A stretch of DNA of 64,000 bases from Eledone cirrhosa. Lineage: Eukaryota. Below the pieces are notes generated by a model. The model was given only the letters and a program-made list of their open reading frames with translations. It ran no database searches and was not told where the DNA came from. How positions within the stretch are numbered: position 1 is the stretch's first letter; each line of letters opens with the position of its first letter. Shown one piece after another: positions 24,801-42,800 of the stretch. A program made the translations under genes and the position numbers. Location: contig OZ024743.1 of assembly GCA_964016885.1 (NCBI GenBank), forward strand, positions 377,208,001 to 377,272,000, in the 5' to 3' direction.

Positions 24801-27800
24801 ACCACCATCAACACCAACACCGTCACCACCACCATCAACACCAATAAAATCACCACCACCATCAGCACCATCACCATCACCACCACCATCAACACCAATA
24901 CCATCATTACCACCATCAACACCAATACCATCACCACCACCACCATCAACACCAACACCATCACCACCACCATCAACACCAACACTATCACCGCCACCAT
25001 CAACACGAACACCAATACCATCACCACCACCACCATCAACACCAATACCATCACGAACACCATCAACACCAACACCATCACCACCACCATCAACACCAAC
25101 ACTATCACCACCACCATCAACACCAACACCAATACCATCACCACCACCATCAACAACAATACCATCACCACCACCATCAACACCAACACTATCACCACCA
25201 CCATCAACACCAACACCAATACCATCACCACCACCACCATCAACAACAATACCATCACCACCACCATCAACTCCAACACCAATACCATCACCACCACCAT
25301 CAACACCAATACCATCACCACCACCATCAACACCAACACCATCACAACCACCGTCAACACCAATACCATCACCACCACCATCAACACCAACACCATCACC
25401 ACCACCATCAACACCAACACCATCACCACCACAATCAACACCAATACCATCACCACCACCATCAACACCATCACCATCACCACCACCATCAACACCAATA
25501 CCATCACTACCACCATCAACACCAATACCATCACCAACACCACCATCAACACCAACACCATCACCATCAACAGCAACACTATCACCACCACCATCAACAC
25601 CAACACCATCACCATAACCACCACCACCATCAACACCAACACCATCACCACCACCATCAACACCAACACCATCACCACCACCATCAACACTAGCACCATC
25701 AGCATCACCACCAGCGCCAACACCACCACCATCAACACCAATACCATCACCACCACCATCAACACCAACACCATAACCACCACCATCAACACCAACACCA
25801 TCACCACCACCATCAACACTAGCACCATCAGCATCACCACCAGCGCCAACACCGCCACCATCAACACCAGCGCCATCACGACCACCATCAACACCAATAC
25901 CATCACCACCACCATCAACACCAACGCTATCACCACCACCATCAACACCAACCCCATCACTACCACCATCAACACCAACACCATCACCACCACCATCAAC
26001 ACCAGTACCATCACCACCACCATCAACACCAATACCATCACCACCACCATCAACACCAACACCATCACCACCACTATCAACACCAATACCATCACCACCA
26101 CCATCACCACCACCATCAACACCAATACCATCACCACCACCATCAACAACAACACCATCACCACCACCGTCAACACCAATACCATCACCACCACCATCAA
26201 CAGCAATACCATCACCACCACCATCAACACCAATACCATCACTACCACCATCAACACCAACACCATCACCACCACCATCAACACCAATACCATCACCACT
26301 ACCATCAACACCAATACCATCACCACCACCATCAACACCAATACCATCACTCCCACCATCAACACCAACACCATCAACACCACCATCAACACCAACACCA
26401 TCTCCACCACCGCCAACACCAGTACCATCACCACCACCATCAACACCAATACTATCACCACCACCATCAACACCAATACCATCACCACCACCATCAACAC
26501 CAATAACATCACCACCAGCATCAACACCAATATCATCACCACCACCATCAACACCAACACCATCACCACCACCGCCAACACCAACACCATCACCACCACC
26601 ATCAACACCAATACCATCACTACCACCATTAACACCAACACCATCACTACCACCATTAACACCAACACCATCACCACCACCGCCAACACCAACACCATCA
26701 CCACCACCGCCAACACCAATACCATCACCACCACCATCAACACCAATACCATCATCACCACCATCAACACCAATACCATCACTACCACCATCAACACCAA
26801 TACCATCACCACCACCATCAACACCATCACCACCACCGCCAACACCAATACCATCACCACCACCATCAACACCAATACCATCACCACCACCATCAACACC
26901 AATACCATCACCACCACCATCAACACCAATACCATCACCACCACCATCAACACCAATACCATCATCACCACCATCAACACCAATACCATCACTACCACCA
27001 TCAACACCAATACCATCACCACCACCATCAAACCAACACCATCACCACCACCGCCAACACCAGTACCATCACCACCACCATCAACACCAATACCATCACC
27101 ACCACCATCAACACCAATACCATCACCACCACCATCAACACCAATACCATCACCACCACCATCAACACCAACACCATCACCACCACCGCCAACACCAATA
27201 CCATCACCACCACTATCAACACCAATACCATCACCACCACCATCAACACCAATACCATCACCACCACCATCAACACCAACACCATCACCACCACCGTCAA
27301 CACCAATACCATCACCACCACCGTCAACACCAATACCATCACCACCACGATCAACAGCAATACCATCATCACCACCATCAACACCAACACCATCACCACC
27401 ACCGCCAACACCAATACCATCACCACCACCATCAACACCAATACCATCACCACCACCATCAACACCAATACCATCATTACCACCATCGACACCAATACCA
27501 TCACCACCACCACCATCAACACCAACACCATCACCACCACCATCAACACCAACACTATCGCCACCACCATCAACACGAACACCAATACCATCACCACCAC
27601 CACCATCAACACCAATACCATCACGAACACCATCAACACCAACACCATCACAACCACCATCAACACCAATACCATCACCACCACCATCAACACCAACACC
27701 ATCACCACCACCATCAACACCAACACCATCACCACCACAATCAACACCAATACCATCACCACCACCATCAACACCATCACCATCACCACCACCATCAACA

Positions 27801-30800
27801 CCAATACCATCACTACCACCATCAACACCAATACCATCACCACCACCACCATCAACACCAACACCATCACCACCACCATCAACAGCAACACTATCACCAC
27901 CACCATCAACACCAACACCATCACCATCACCACCACCACCATCAACACCAACACCATCACCACCACCATCAACACCAACACCATCACCACCACCATCAAC
28001 ACTAGCACCATCAGCATCACCACCAGCGCCAACACCACCACCATCAACACCAATACCATCACCACCACCATCAACACCAACACCATCACCACCACCATCA
28101 ACACCAACACCATCACCACCACCATCAACACTAGCACCATCAGCATCACCACCAGCACCAACACCACCACCATCAACACCAGCGCCATCACGACCACCAT
28201 CAACTCCAATACCATCACCACCACCATCAACACCAATACCATCACTACCACCATCAACACCAACACCATCACCACCACCATCAACACCAATACAATCACC
28301 ACCACCATCAACACCAATACCATCACCACCACCATCAACACCAACACCATCACCACGACTATCAACACCAATACCATCACCACCACCATCACCACCACCA
28401 TCAACACCAATACCATCACCACCACCATCAACACCAACACCATCACCACCACCGTCAACACCAATACCATCACCACCACCATCAACAGCAATACCATCAC
28501 CACCACCATCAACACCAATACCATCACTACCACCATCAACACCAACACCATCACCACCACCATCAACACCAATACCATCACCACCACCATCAACACCAAT
28601 ACCATCACCACCACCATCAACACCAATACCATCACTCCCACCATCAACACCAACACCATCAACACCACCATCAACACCAACACCATCTCCACCACCGCCA
28701 ACACCAGTACCATCACCACCACCATCAACACCAATACTGTCACCACCACCATCAACACCAACACCATCACCACCACCATCAACACAAACACCATCACCAC
28801 CACCATCAACACCAACACCATCACCACCACCATCAACACCAACACCATCACCACCACCATCAACACCAATACCATCACCACCACCATCAACACCAACACC
28901 ATCACCACCACCATCAACACCAACACCATCACCACCACCATCAACACCAATACCATCACCACCACCATCAACACCAATAGAATCACTAACACTATCAACA
29001 CCAACACCATCACCACCACCATCAACACAAACACCATCACCACCACCATCAACACCAACACCATCACCACCACCATCAACACCAACACCATCACCACCAC
29101 CATCAACACCAACACCATCACCACCACCATCAACACCAATACCATCACCACCACCATCAACACCAACACCATCACCACCACCATCAACACCAACACCATC
29201 ACCACCACCATCAACACCAACACCATCACCACCACCATCAACACCAATGGAATCACTAACACTATCAACACCAACACCATCACCACCACCATCAACACAA
29301 ACACCATCACCACCACCATCAACACCAACACCATCACCACCACCACCATCAACACCATCACCACCACCATCAACACCAATACCATCACCACCACCATCAA
29401 CACCAACACCATCACCACCACCATCAACACCAACACCATCACCACCACCATCAACACCAACACCATCACCACCACCATCAACACCAATACCATCACCACC
29501 ACCATCAACACCAACACCATCACCACCACCATCAACACCAACACCATCACCACCACCATCAACACCAACACCATCACCACCACCATCAACACCAATACCA
29601 TCACCACCACCATCAACACCAATACCATCACCACCACCATCAACACCAATACCATCACCACCACCATCAACACCAACACCATCACCACCACCATCAACAC
29701 CAACACCATCACAACCACCATCAACACCAATACCATCACCACCACCATCAACACCAACACCATCAACACCACCATCAACACCAACACCATCTCCACCACC
29801 GCCAACACCAGTACCATCACCACCACCATCAACACCAATACCATCACCACCACCATCAACACCAACACCATCACCACCACCATCAACACCAACACCATCA
29901 ACACCACCATCAACACCAACACCATCACCACCACCGCCAACACCAACACCAACACCAATACCATCACCACCACCAACAACACCAATAACATCACCACCAG
30001 CATCAACACCAATATCATCACCACCACCATCAACACCAACACCATCACCACCACCGCCAACACCAACACCATCACCACCACCATCAACACCAATACCATC
30101 ACTACCACCATTAACACCAACACCATCACTACCACCATTAACACCAACACCATCACCACCACCGCCAACACCAACAACATCACCGCCAACACCAACACCA
30201 ATACCATCACCACCACCATCAACACCAATACCATCATCACCACCATCAACACCAATACCATCACTACCACCATCAACACCAATACCATCACCACCACCAT
30301 CAACACCAACACCATCACCACCACCGTCAACACCAATACCATCACCACCACCATCAACACCAATACCATCACCACCACCATCAACACCAATACCATCATC
30401 ACCACCATCAACACCAATACCATCACTACCACCATCAACACCAATACCATCACCACCACCATCAACACCAACACCATCACCACCACCGCCAACACCAATA
30501 CCATCACCACCACCATCAACACCAATACCATCACCACCACCATCAACACCAATACCATCACCATCAACACCAACACCATCACCACCACCTTCAACACTAA
30601 TACCATCACCACCACCATCAACACCAATACCATCACTAACACCATCAACACCAACACCATCACCACCACCATCAACACCAATACCATCACCACCACCATC
30701 AACACCAACACCATCACCACCACGATCAACAGCAATACCATCATCACCACCATCAACACCAATACCATCACTACCACCATCAACACCAACACCATCACCA

Positions 30801-33800
30801 CCCCCGCCAAAACCAATACCATCACCACCACCATCAACACCAATACCATCACCACCACCATCAACACCAACACCATCACCACCACCGCCAACACCAACAC
30901 CATCGCCACCACCATCAACACCAATACCATCACCACCACCATCAACACCAACAACATCACCACCACCATCAACACCAATACCATCACTACCACCATTAAC
31001 ACCAACACCATCACTACCACCATTAACACCAACACCATCACCACCACCGCCAACACCAACACCAGCACCATCAACACCTACACCATCACCACCACCATCA
31101 ACACCAATAGAAATCCTAACACTATCAACACCAACACCATCACCACCACCATCAACACAAACACCATCACCACCACCATCAACACCAACACCATCACCAC
31201 CACCATCAACACCAACACCATCACCACCACCATCAACACCAATACCATCACCACCACCATCAACACCAACACCATCACCACCACCATCAACACCAACACC
31301 ATCACCACCACCATCAACACCAATACCATCACCACCACCATCAACACCAATAGAATCACTAACACTATCAACACCAACACCATCACCACCACCATCAACA
31401 CAAACACCATCACCACCACCATCAACACCAACACCATCACCACCACCATCAACACCAACACCATCACCACCACCATCAACACCAATAGAATCACTAACAC
31501 TATCAACACAAACACCATCACCACCACCATCAACACAAACACCATCACCACCACCATCAACACCAACACCATCACCACCACCATCAACACCAACACCATC
31601 ACCACCACCATCAACACCAACACCATCACCACCACCATCAACACCAATACCATCACTACCACCATCAACACCAACACCATCACCACCACCATCAACACCA
31701 ACACCATCACCACCACCATCAACACCAACACCATCACCACCACCATCAACACCAATGGAATCACTAACACTATCAACACCAACACCATCACCACCACCAT
31801 CAACACAAACACCATCACCACCACCATCAACACCAACACCATCACCACCACCACCATCAACACCATCACCACCACCATCAACACCAATACCATCACCACC
31901 ACCATCAACACCAACACCATCACCACCACCATCAACACCAACACCATCACCACCACCATCAACACCAACACCATCACCACCACCATCAACACCAATACCA
32001 TCACCACCACCATCAACACCAACACCATCACCACCACCATCAACACCAACACCATCACCACCACCATCAACACCAACAACATCACCACCACCATCAACAC
32101 CAATACCATCACCACTACCATCAACACCAATACCATCACCACCACCATCAACACCAATACCATCACCACCACCATCAACACCAACACCATCACCACCACC
32201 ATCAACATCAACACCATCACAACCACCATCAACACCAATACCATCACCACCACCATCAACACCAACACCATCACTACCACCATCAACACCAACACCATCA
32301 CCACCACCATCAACACCAATAAAATCACAACCACCATCAACACCATCACCATCACCACCACCATCAACACCAATACAATAATTACCACCATCAACACCAA
32401 TACCATCACCACCACCACCATCAACACCAACACCATCACCACCACCATCAACACCAACACTATCACCACCACCATCAACACGAACACCAATACCATCACC
32501 ACCACCACCATCAACACCAATACCATCACGAACACCATCAACACCAACACCATCACCACCACCATCAACACCAACACCAATACCATCACCACCACCATCA
32601 ACAACAATACCATCACGAACACCATCAACACCAATACAATCACCACCACCATCAACACCAACACCATCACCACCACCATCAACACCAACACCATCACAAC
32701 CACCATCAACACCAATACCATCACCACCACCATCAACACCAACACCATCACCACCACCATCAACACCAACACCATCACCACCACAATCAACACCAATACC
32801 ATCACCACCACCATCAACACCATCACCATCACCACCACCATCAACACCAATACCATCACTACCACCATCAATACCAATACCATCACCACCACCACCATCA
32901 ACACCAACACCATCACCACCACCATCAACAGCAACACTATCACCACCACCATCAACACCAACACCATCACCATCACCACCACCACCATCAACACCAACAC
33001 CATCACCACCATCATCAACACCAACACCATCACCACCACCATCAACACTAGCACCATCAGCATCACCACCAGCGCCAACACCACCACCATCAACACCAAT
33101 ACCATCACCACCACCATCAACACCAACACCATCACCACCACCATCAACACCAACACCATCACCACCACCATCAACACTAGCACCATCAGCATCACCACCA
33201 GCGCCAACACCACCACCATCAACACCAGCGCCATCACGACCACCATCAACACCAATACCATCACCACCACCATCAATACCAATACCATCACTACCACCAT
33301 CAACACCAACACCATCACCACCACCATCAACACCAATACCATCACCACCACCATCAACACCAATACCATCACCACCACCATCAACACCAACACCATCACC
33401 ACCACTATCAACACCAATACCATCACCACCACCATCACCACCACCATCAACACCAATACCATCACCACCACCATCAACACCAACACCATCAACACCACCG
33501 TCAACACCAATACCATCACCAACACCATCAACAGCAATACCATCACCACCACCATCAACACCAATACCATCACTACCACCATCAACACCAACACCATCAC
33601 CACCACCATCAACACCAATACCATCACCACCACCATCAACACCAATACCATCACCACCACCATCAACACCAATACCATCACTCCCACCATCAACACCAAC
33701 ACCATCAACACCACCATCAACACCAACACCATCTCCACCACCGCCAACACCAGTACCATCACCACCACCATCAACACCAATACTATCACCACCACCATCA

Positions 33801-36800
33801 ACACCAATACCATCACCACCACCATCAACACCAATATCATCACCACCAGCATCAACACCAATATCATCACCACCACCATCAACACCAAAACCATCACCAC
33901 CACCGCCAACACCAACACCATCTCCACCACCATTAACACCAACACCATCACTACCACCATTAACACCAACACCATCACCACCACCGCCAACACCAACACC
34001 ATCACCACCACCGCCAACACCAATACCATCACCACCACCATCAACACCAACACCATCACCACCACCGCCAACACCAATACCATCACCACCACCATCAACA
34101 CCAATACCATCACCACCACCATCAACACCAATACCATCACCACCACCATCAACACCAATACCATCACCACCACCATCAACACCAATACCATCATCACCAC
34201 CATCAACACCAATACCATCACTACCACCATCAACACCAACACCATCACCACCACCGCCAACACCAATACCATCACCACCACCATCAACACCAATACCATC
34301 ACCACCACCATTAACACCAATACCATCACCACCACCATCAACACCAATACCATCACCACCACCATCAACACCAACACCATCACCACCACCATCAACACCA
34401 ACACCATCACCACCACCATCAACACCAATACCATCACCACCACCATCAACACCAATAGAATCACTAACACTATCAACACCAACACCATCACCACCACCAT
34501 CAACACAAACACCATCACCACCACCATCAACACCAACACCATCACCACCACCATCAACACCAATACCATCACCACCACCATCAACACCAATAGAATCACT
34601 AACACTATCAACACCAACACCATCACCACCACCATCAACACAAACACCATCACCACCACCATCAACACCAACACCATCACCACCACCATCAACACCAACA
34701 CCATCACCACCACCATCAACACCAACACCATCACCACCACCATCAACACCAATACCATCACCACCACCATCAACACCAACACCATCACCACCACCATCAA
34801 CACCAACACCATCACCACCACCATCAACTCCAACACCATCACCACCACCATCAACACCAATGGAATCACTAACACTATCAACACCAACACCATCACCACC
34901 ACCGCCAACACCAATACCATCACCACCACCATCAACACCAATACCATCACTACCACCATCAACACCAACACCATCACCACCACCGCCAACACCAATACCA
35001 TCACTACCACCATCAACACCAACACCATCACCACCATCATCAACACCAACACCATCACCACCACCATCAACACTAGCACCATCAGCATCACCACCAGCGC
35101 CAACACCACCACCATCAACACCAATACCATCACCACCACCATCAACACCAACACCATCACCACCACCATCAACACCAACACCATCACCACCACCATCAAC
35201 ACTAGCACCATCAGCATCACCACCAGCGCCAACACCACCACCATCAACACCAGCGCCATCACGACCACCATCAACACCAATACCATCACCACCACCATCA
35301 ATACCAATACCATCACTACCACCATCAACACCAACACCATCACCACCACCATCAACACCAATACCATCACCACCACCATCAACACCAACACCATCAACAC
35401 CACCATCAACACCAACACCATCTCCACCACCGCCAACACCAGTACCATCACCACCACCATCAACACCAATACTATCACCACCACCATCAACACCAATACC
35501 ATCACCACCACCATCAACACCAATATCATCACCACCAGCATCAACACCAATATCATCACCACCACCATCAACACCAACACCATCACCACCACCGCCAACA
35601 CCAACACCATCTCCACCACCATTAACACCAACACCATCACTACCACCATCAACACCAACACCATCACCGCCACTATCAACACCAATACCATCACCACCAC
35701 CATCACCACCACCATCAACACCAATACTATCACCACCACCATCAACACCAATACCATCACCACCACCATCAACACCAATATCATCACCACCACCATTAAC
35801 ACCAACACCATCACCACCACCGCCAACACCAACACCATCACCACCACCGCCAACACCAATACCATCACCACCACCATCAACACCAATACCATCACCACCA
35901 CCATCAACACCAATACCATCACCACCACCATCAACACCAATACCATCACTACCACCATCAACACCAACACCATCACCACCACCGCCAACACCAATACCAT
36001 CACTACCACCATCAACACCAACACCATCACCACCACCATCAACACCAATACCATCACCACCACCATCAACACCAATACCATCACCACCACCATCAACACC
36101 AACACCATCACCACCACCATCAACACCAATACCATCACCACCACCATCAACACCACCGCCAACACCAACACCATCACCACCACGATCAACAGCAATACCA
36201 TCATCACCACCATCAACACCAATACCATCACTACCACCATCAACACCAATACCATCACCACCACCATCAACACCATCACCACCACCGCCAACACCAATAC
36301 CATCACCACCACCATCAACACCAATACCATCACCACCACCATCAACACCAATACCATCACCACCACCATCAACACCAACACCATCACCACCACGATCAAC
36401 AGCAATACCATCATCACCACCATCAACACCAATACCATCACCACCACCATCAACACCAATACCATCACCACCACCATCAACACCAACACCATCACCACCA
36501 CCATCAACACCAATACCATCACCACCACCATCAACACCAATACCATCACCACCACCATCAACACCACCGCCAACACCAACACCATCACCACCACGATCAA
36601 CACCAATACCATCATCACCACCATCAACACCAATACCATCACTACCACCATCAACACCAATACCATCACCACCACCATCAACACCATCACCACCACCGCC
36701 AACACCAATACCATCACCACCACCATCAACACCAATACCATCATCACTACCATCAACACCAATACCATCACTACCACCATCAACACCAATACCATCACCA

Positions 36801-39800
36801 CCACCATCAACACCAACACCATCACCACCACCGCCAACACCAATACCATCACCACCACCATCAACACCAATACCATCACCACCACCATCAACACCAACAC
36901 CATCTCCACCACCATTAACACCAACACCATCACTACCACCATCAACACCAACACCATCACCACCACTATCAACACCAATACCATCACCACCACCATCACC
37001 ACCACCATCAACACCAATACTATCACCACCACCATCAACACCAATACCATCACCACCACCATCAACACCAATATCATCACCACCACCATTAACACCAACA
37101 CCATCACCACCACCGCCAACACCAACACCATCACCACCACCGCCAACACCAATACCATCACCACCACCATCAACACCAATACCATCATCACTACCATCAA
37201 CACCAATACCATCACTACCACCATCAACACCAATACCATCACCACCACCATCAACACCAACACCATCACCACCACCGCCAACACCAATACCATCACCACC
37301 ACCATCAACACCAATACCATCACCACCACCATCAACACCAATACCATCACCACCACCATCAACACCAATACCATCACCACCACCATCAACACCAATACCA
37401 TCATCACCACCATCAACACCAATACCATCACTACCACCATCAACACCAACACCATCACCACCACCGCCAACACCAATACCATCACCACCACCATCAACAC
37501 CAATACCATCACCACCACCATCAACACCAATACCATCACCACCACCATCAACACCAATACCATCACCACCACCATCAACACCAATACCATCATCACCACC
37601 ATCAACACCAATACCATCACTACCACCATCAACACCAACACCATCACCACCACCGCCAACACCAATACCATCACTACCACCATCAACACCAACACCATCA
37701 CCACCACCGCCAACACCAATACCATCACCACCACCATCAACACCAATACCATCACCACCACCATCAACACCAATACCATCACCACCACCATCAACACCAA
37801 TACCATCACCACCACCATCAACACCAATACCATCACCACCACCATCAACACCAATACCATCACCACCACCATCAACACCAATACCATCACCACCACCATC
37901 AACACCAATACCATCACCACCACCATCAACACCAATACCATCACCACCACCATCAACACCAATACCATCACCACCACCATCAACACCAATACCATCACCA
38001 CCACCGCCAACACCAACACCATCACCACCACCATCAACACCAATACCATCACCACCACCATCAACACCAATACCATCACCACCACCATCAACACCAATAC
38101 CATCACCACCACCGCCAACACCAACACCATCACCACCACCATCAACACCAACACCATCACCACCACCATCAACACCAATACCATCACCACCACCATCAAC
38201 ACCAATACCATCACCACCACCGCCAACACCAACACCATCACCACCACCATCAACACCAATACCATCACCACCACCATCAACACCAATACCATCACCACCA
38301 CCATCAACACCAATACCATCACCACCACCATCAACACCAATACCATCACCACCACCGCCAACACCAATACCATCACTACCACCATCAACACCAACACCAT
38401 CACCACCACCGCCAACACCAATACCATCACCACCACCATCAACACCAATACCATCACCACCACCATCAACACCAATACCATCACCACCACCATCAACACC
38501 AATACCATCACCACCACCATCAACACCAATACCATCACCACCACCATCAACACCAATACCATCACCACCACCATCAACACCAATACCATCACCACCACCA
38601 TCAACACCAATACCATCACCACCACCATCAACACCAATACCATCACCACCACCATCAACACCAATACCATCATCACCACCATCAACACCAATACCATCAC
38701 TACCACCATCAACACCAACACCATCACCACCACCGCCAACACCAATACCATCACTACCACCATCAACACCAACACCATCACCACCACCGCCAACACCAAT
38801 ACCATCACCACCACCATCAACACCAATACCATCACCACCACCATCAACACCAATACCATCACCACCACCATCAACACCAACACCATCACCACCACCATCA
38901 ACACCAATACCATCACCACCACCATCAACACCAATACCATCACCACCACCATCAACACCAATACCATCACCACCACCATCAACACCAATACCATCACCAC
39001 CACCATCAACACCAATACCATCATCACCACCATCAACACCAATACCATCACTACCACCATCAACACCAATACCATCACCACCACCATCAACACCAATACC
39101 ATCACCACCACCATCAACACCAATACCATCACCACCACCATCAACACCAATACCATCACCACCACCATCAACACCAACACCATCACCACCACCATCAACA
39201 CCAATACCATCACCACCACCATCAACACCAATACCATCACAACCACCATCAACACCAATACCATCACCACCACCATCAACACCAATACCATCACCACCAC
39301 CATCAACACCAATACCATCATCACCACCATCAACACCAATACCATCACTACCACCATCAACACCAATACCATCACCACCACCATCAACACCAATACCATC
39401 ACCACCACCATCAACACCAATACCATCACCACCACCATCAACACCAATACCATCACTACCACCATCAACACCAACACCATCACCACCACCGCCAACACCA
39501 ATACCATCACCACCACCATCAACACCAATACCATCACCACCACCATCAACACCAATACCATCATCACCACCATCAACACCAATACCATCACTACCACCAT
39601 CAACACCAACACCATCACCACCACCGCCAACACCAATACCATCACCACCACCATCAACACCAATACCATCACCACCACCATCAACACCAACACCATCACC
39701 ACCACCATCAACACCACCGCCAACACCAATACCATCACCACCACCATCAACACCACCGCCAACACCAATACCATCACCACCACCATCAACACCAACACCA

Positions 39801-42800
39801 TCACCACCACCGCCAACACCAATACCATCACCACCACCATCAACACCAACACCATCACCACCACCATCAACACCAACACCATCACCACCACCATCAACAC
39901 CAACACCATCACCACCACCATCAACACCAATACCATCACTACCACCATCAACACCAACACCATCACCACCACCATCAACACCAACACCATCACCACCACC
40001 ATCAACACCAACACCATCACCACCACCATCAACACCAATGGAATCACTAACACTATCAACACCAACACCATCACCACCACCATCAACACAAACACCATCA
40101 CCACCACCATCAACACCAACACCATCACCACCACCACCATCAACACCATCACCACCACCATCAACACCAATACCATCACCACCACCATCAACACCAACAC
40201 CATCACCACCACCATCAACACCAACACCATCACCACCACCATCAACACCAACACCATCACCACCACCATCAACACCAATACCATCACCACCACCATCAAC
40301 ACCAACACCATCACCACCACCATCAACACCAACACCATCACCACCACCATCAACACCAACAACATCACCACCACCATCAACACCAATACCATCACCACTA
40401 CCATCAACACCAATACCATCACCACCACCATCAACACCAATACCATCACCACCACCATCAACACCAACACCATCACCACCACCATCAACATCAACACCAT
40501 CACAACCACCATCAACACCAATACCATCACCACCACCATCAACACCAACACCATCACTACCACCATCAACACCAACACCATCACCACCACCATCAACACC
40601 AATAAAATCACAACCACCATCAACACCATCACCATCACCACCACCATCAACACCAATACAATAATTACCACCATCAACACCAATACCATCACCACCACCA
40701 CCATCAACACCAACACCATCACCACCACCATCAACACCAACACTATCACCACCACCATCAACACGAACACCAATACCATCACCACCACCACCATCAACAC
40801 CAATACCATCACGAACACCATCAACACCAACACCATCACCACCACCATCAACACCAACACCAATACCATCACCACCACCATCAACAACAATACCATCACG
40901 AACACCATCAACACCAATACAATCACCACCACCATCAACACCAACACCATCACCACCACCATCAACACCAACACCATCACAACCACCATCAACACCAATA
41001 CCATCACCACCACCATCAACACCAACACCATCACCACCACCATCAACACCAACACCATCACCACCACAATCAACACCAATACCATCACCACCACCATCAA
41101 CACCATCACCATCACCACCACCATCAACACCAATACCATCACTACCACCATCAATACCAATACCATCACCACCACCACCATCAACACCAACACCATCACC
41201 ACCACCATCAACAGCAACACTATCACCACCACCATCAACACCAACACCATCACCATCACCACCACCACCATCAACACCAACACCATCACCACCATCATCA
41301 ACACCAACACCATCACCACCACCATCAACACTAGCACCATCAGCATCACCACCAGCGCCAACACCACCACCATCAACACCAATACCATCACCACCACCAT
41401 CAACACCAACACCATCACCACCACCATCAACACCAACACCATCACCACCACCATCAACACTAGCACCATCAGCATCACCACCAGCGCCAACACCACCACC
41501 ATCAACACCAGCGCCATCACGACCACCATCAACACCAATACCATCACCACCACCATCAATACCAATACCATCACTACCACCATCAACACCAACACCATCA
41601 CCACCACCATCAACACCAATACCATCACCACCACCATCAACACCAATACCATCACCACCACCATCAACACCAACACCATCACCACCACTATCAACACCAA
41701 TACCATCACCACCACCATCACCACCACCATCAACACCAATACCATCACCACCACCATCACCAACACCATCAACAGCAATACCATCACCACCACCATCAAC
41801 ACCAATACCATCACTACCACCATCAACACCAACACCATCACCACCACCATCAACACCAATACCATCACCACCACCATCAACACCAATACCATCACCACCA
41901 CCATCAACACCAATACCATCACTCCCACCATCAACACCAACACCATCAACACCACCATCAACACCAACACCATCTCCACCACCGCCAACACCAGTACCAT
42001 CACCACCACCATCAACACCAATACTATCACCACCACCATCAACACCAATACCATCACCACCACCATCAACACCAATATCATCACCACCAGCATCAACACC
42101 AATATCATCACCACCACCATCAACACCAAACCATCACCACCACCGCCAACACCAACACCATCTCCACCACCATTAACACCAACACCATCACTACCACCAT
42201 TAACACCAACACCATCACCACCACCGCCAACACCAACACCATCACCACCACCGCCAACACCAACACCACCACCATCACCACCAACACCATCACCACCACC
42301 GCCAACACCAATACCATCACCACCACCATCAACACCAATACCATCACCACCACCATCAACACCAATACCATCACCACCACCATCAACACCAATACCATCA
42401 CCACCACCATCAACACCAATACCATCATCACCACCATCAACACCAATACCATCACTACCACCATCAACACCAACACCATCACCACCACCGCCAACACCAA
42501 TACCATCACCACCACCATCAACACCAATACCATCACCACCACCATTAACACCAATACCATCACCACCACCATCAACACCAATACCATCACCACCACCATC
42601 AACACCAACACCATCACCACCACCATCAACACCAACACCATCACCACCACCATCAACACCAATACCATCACCACCACCATCAACACCAATAGAATCACTA
42701 ACACTATCAACACCAACACCATCACCACCACCATCAACACAAACACCATCACCACCACCATCAACACCAACACCATCACCACCACCATCAACACCAATAC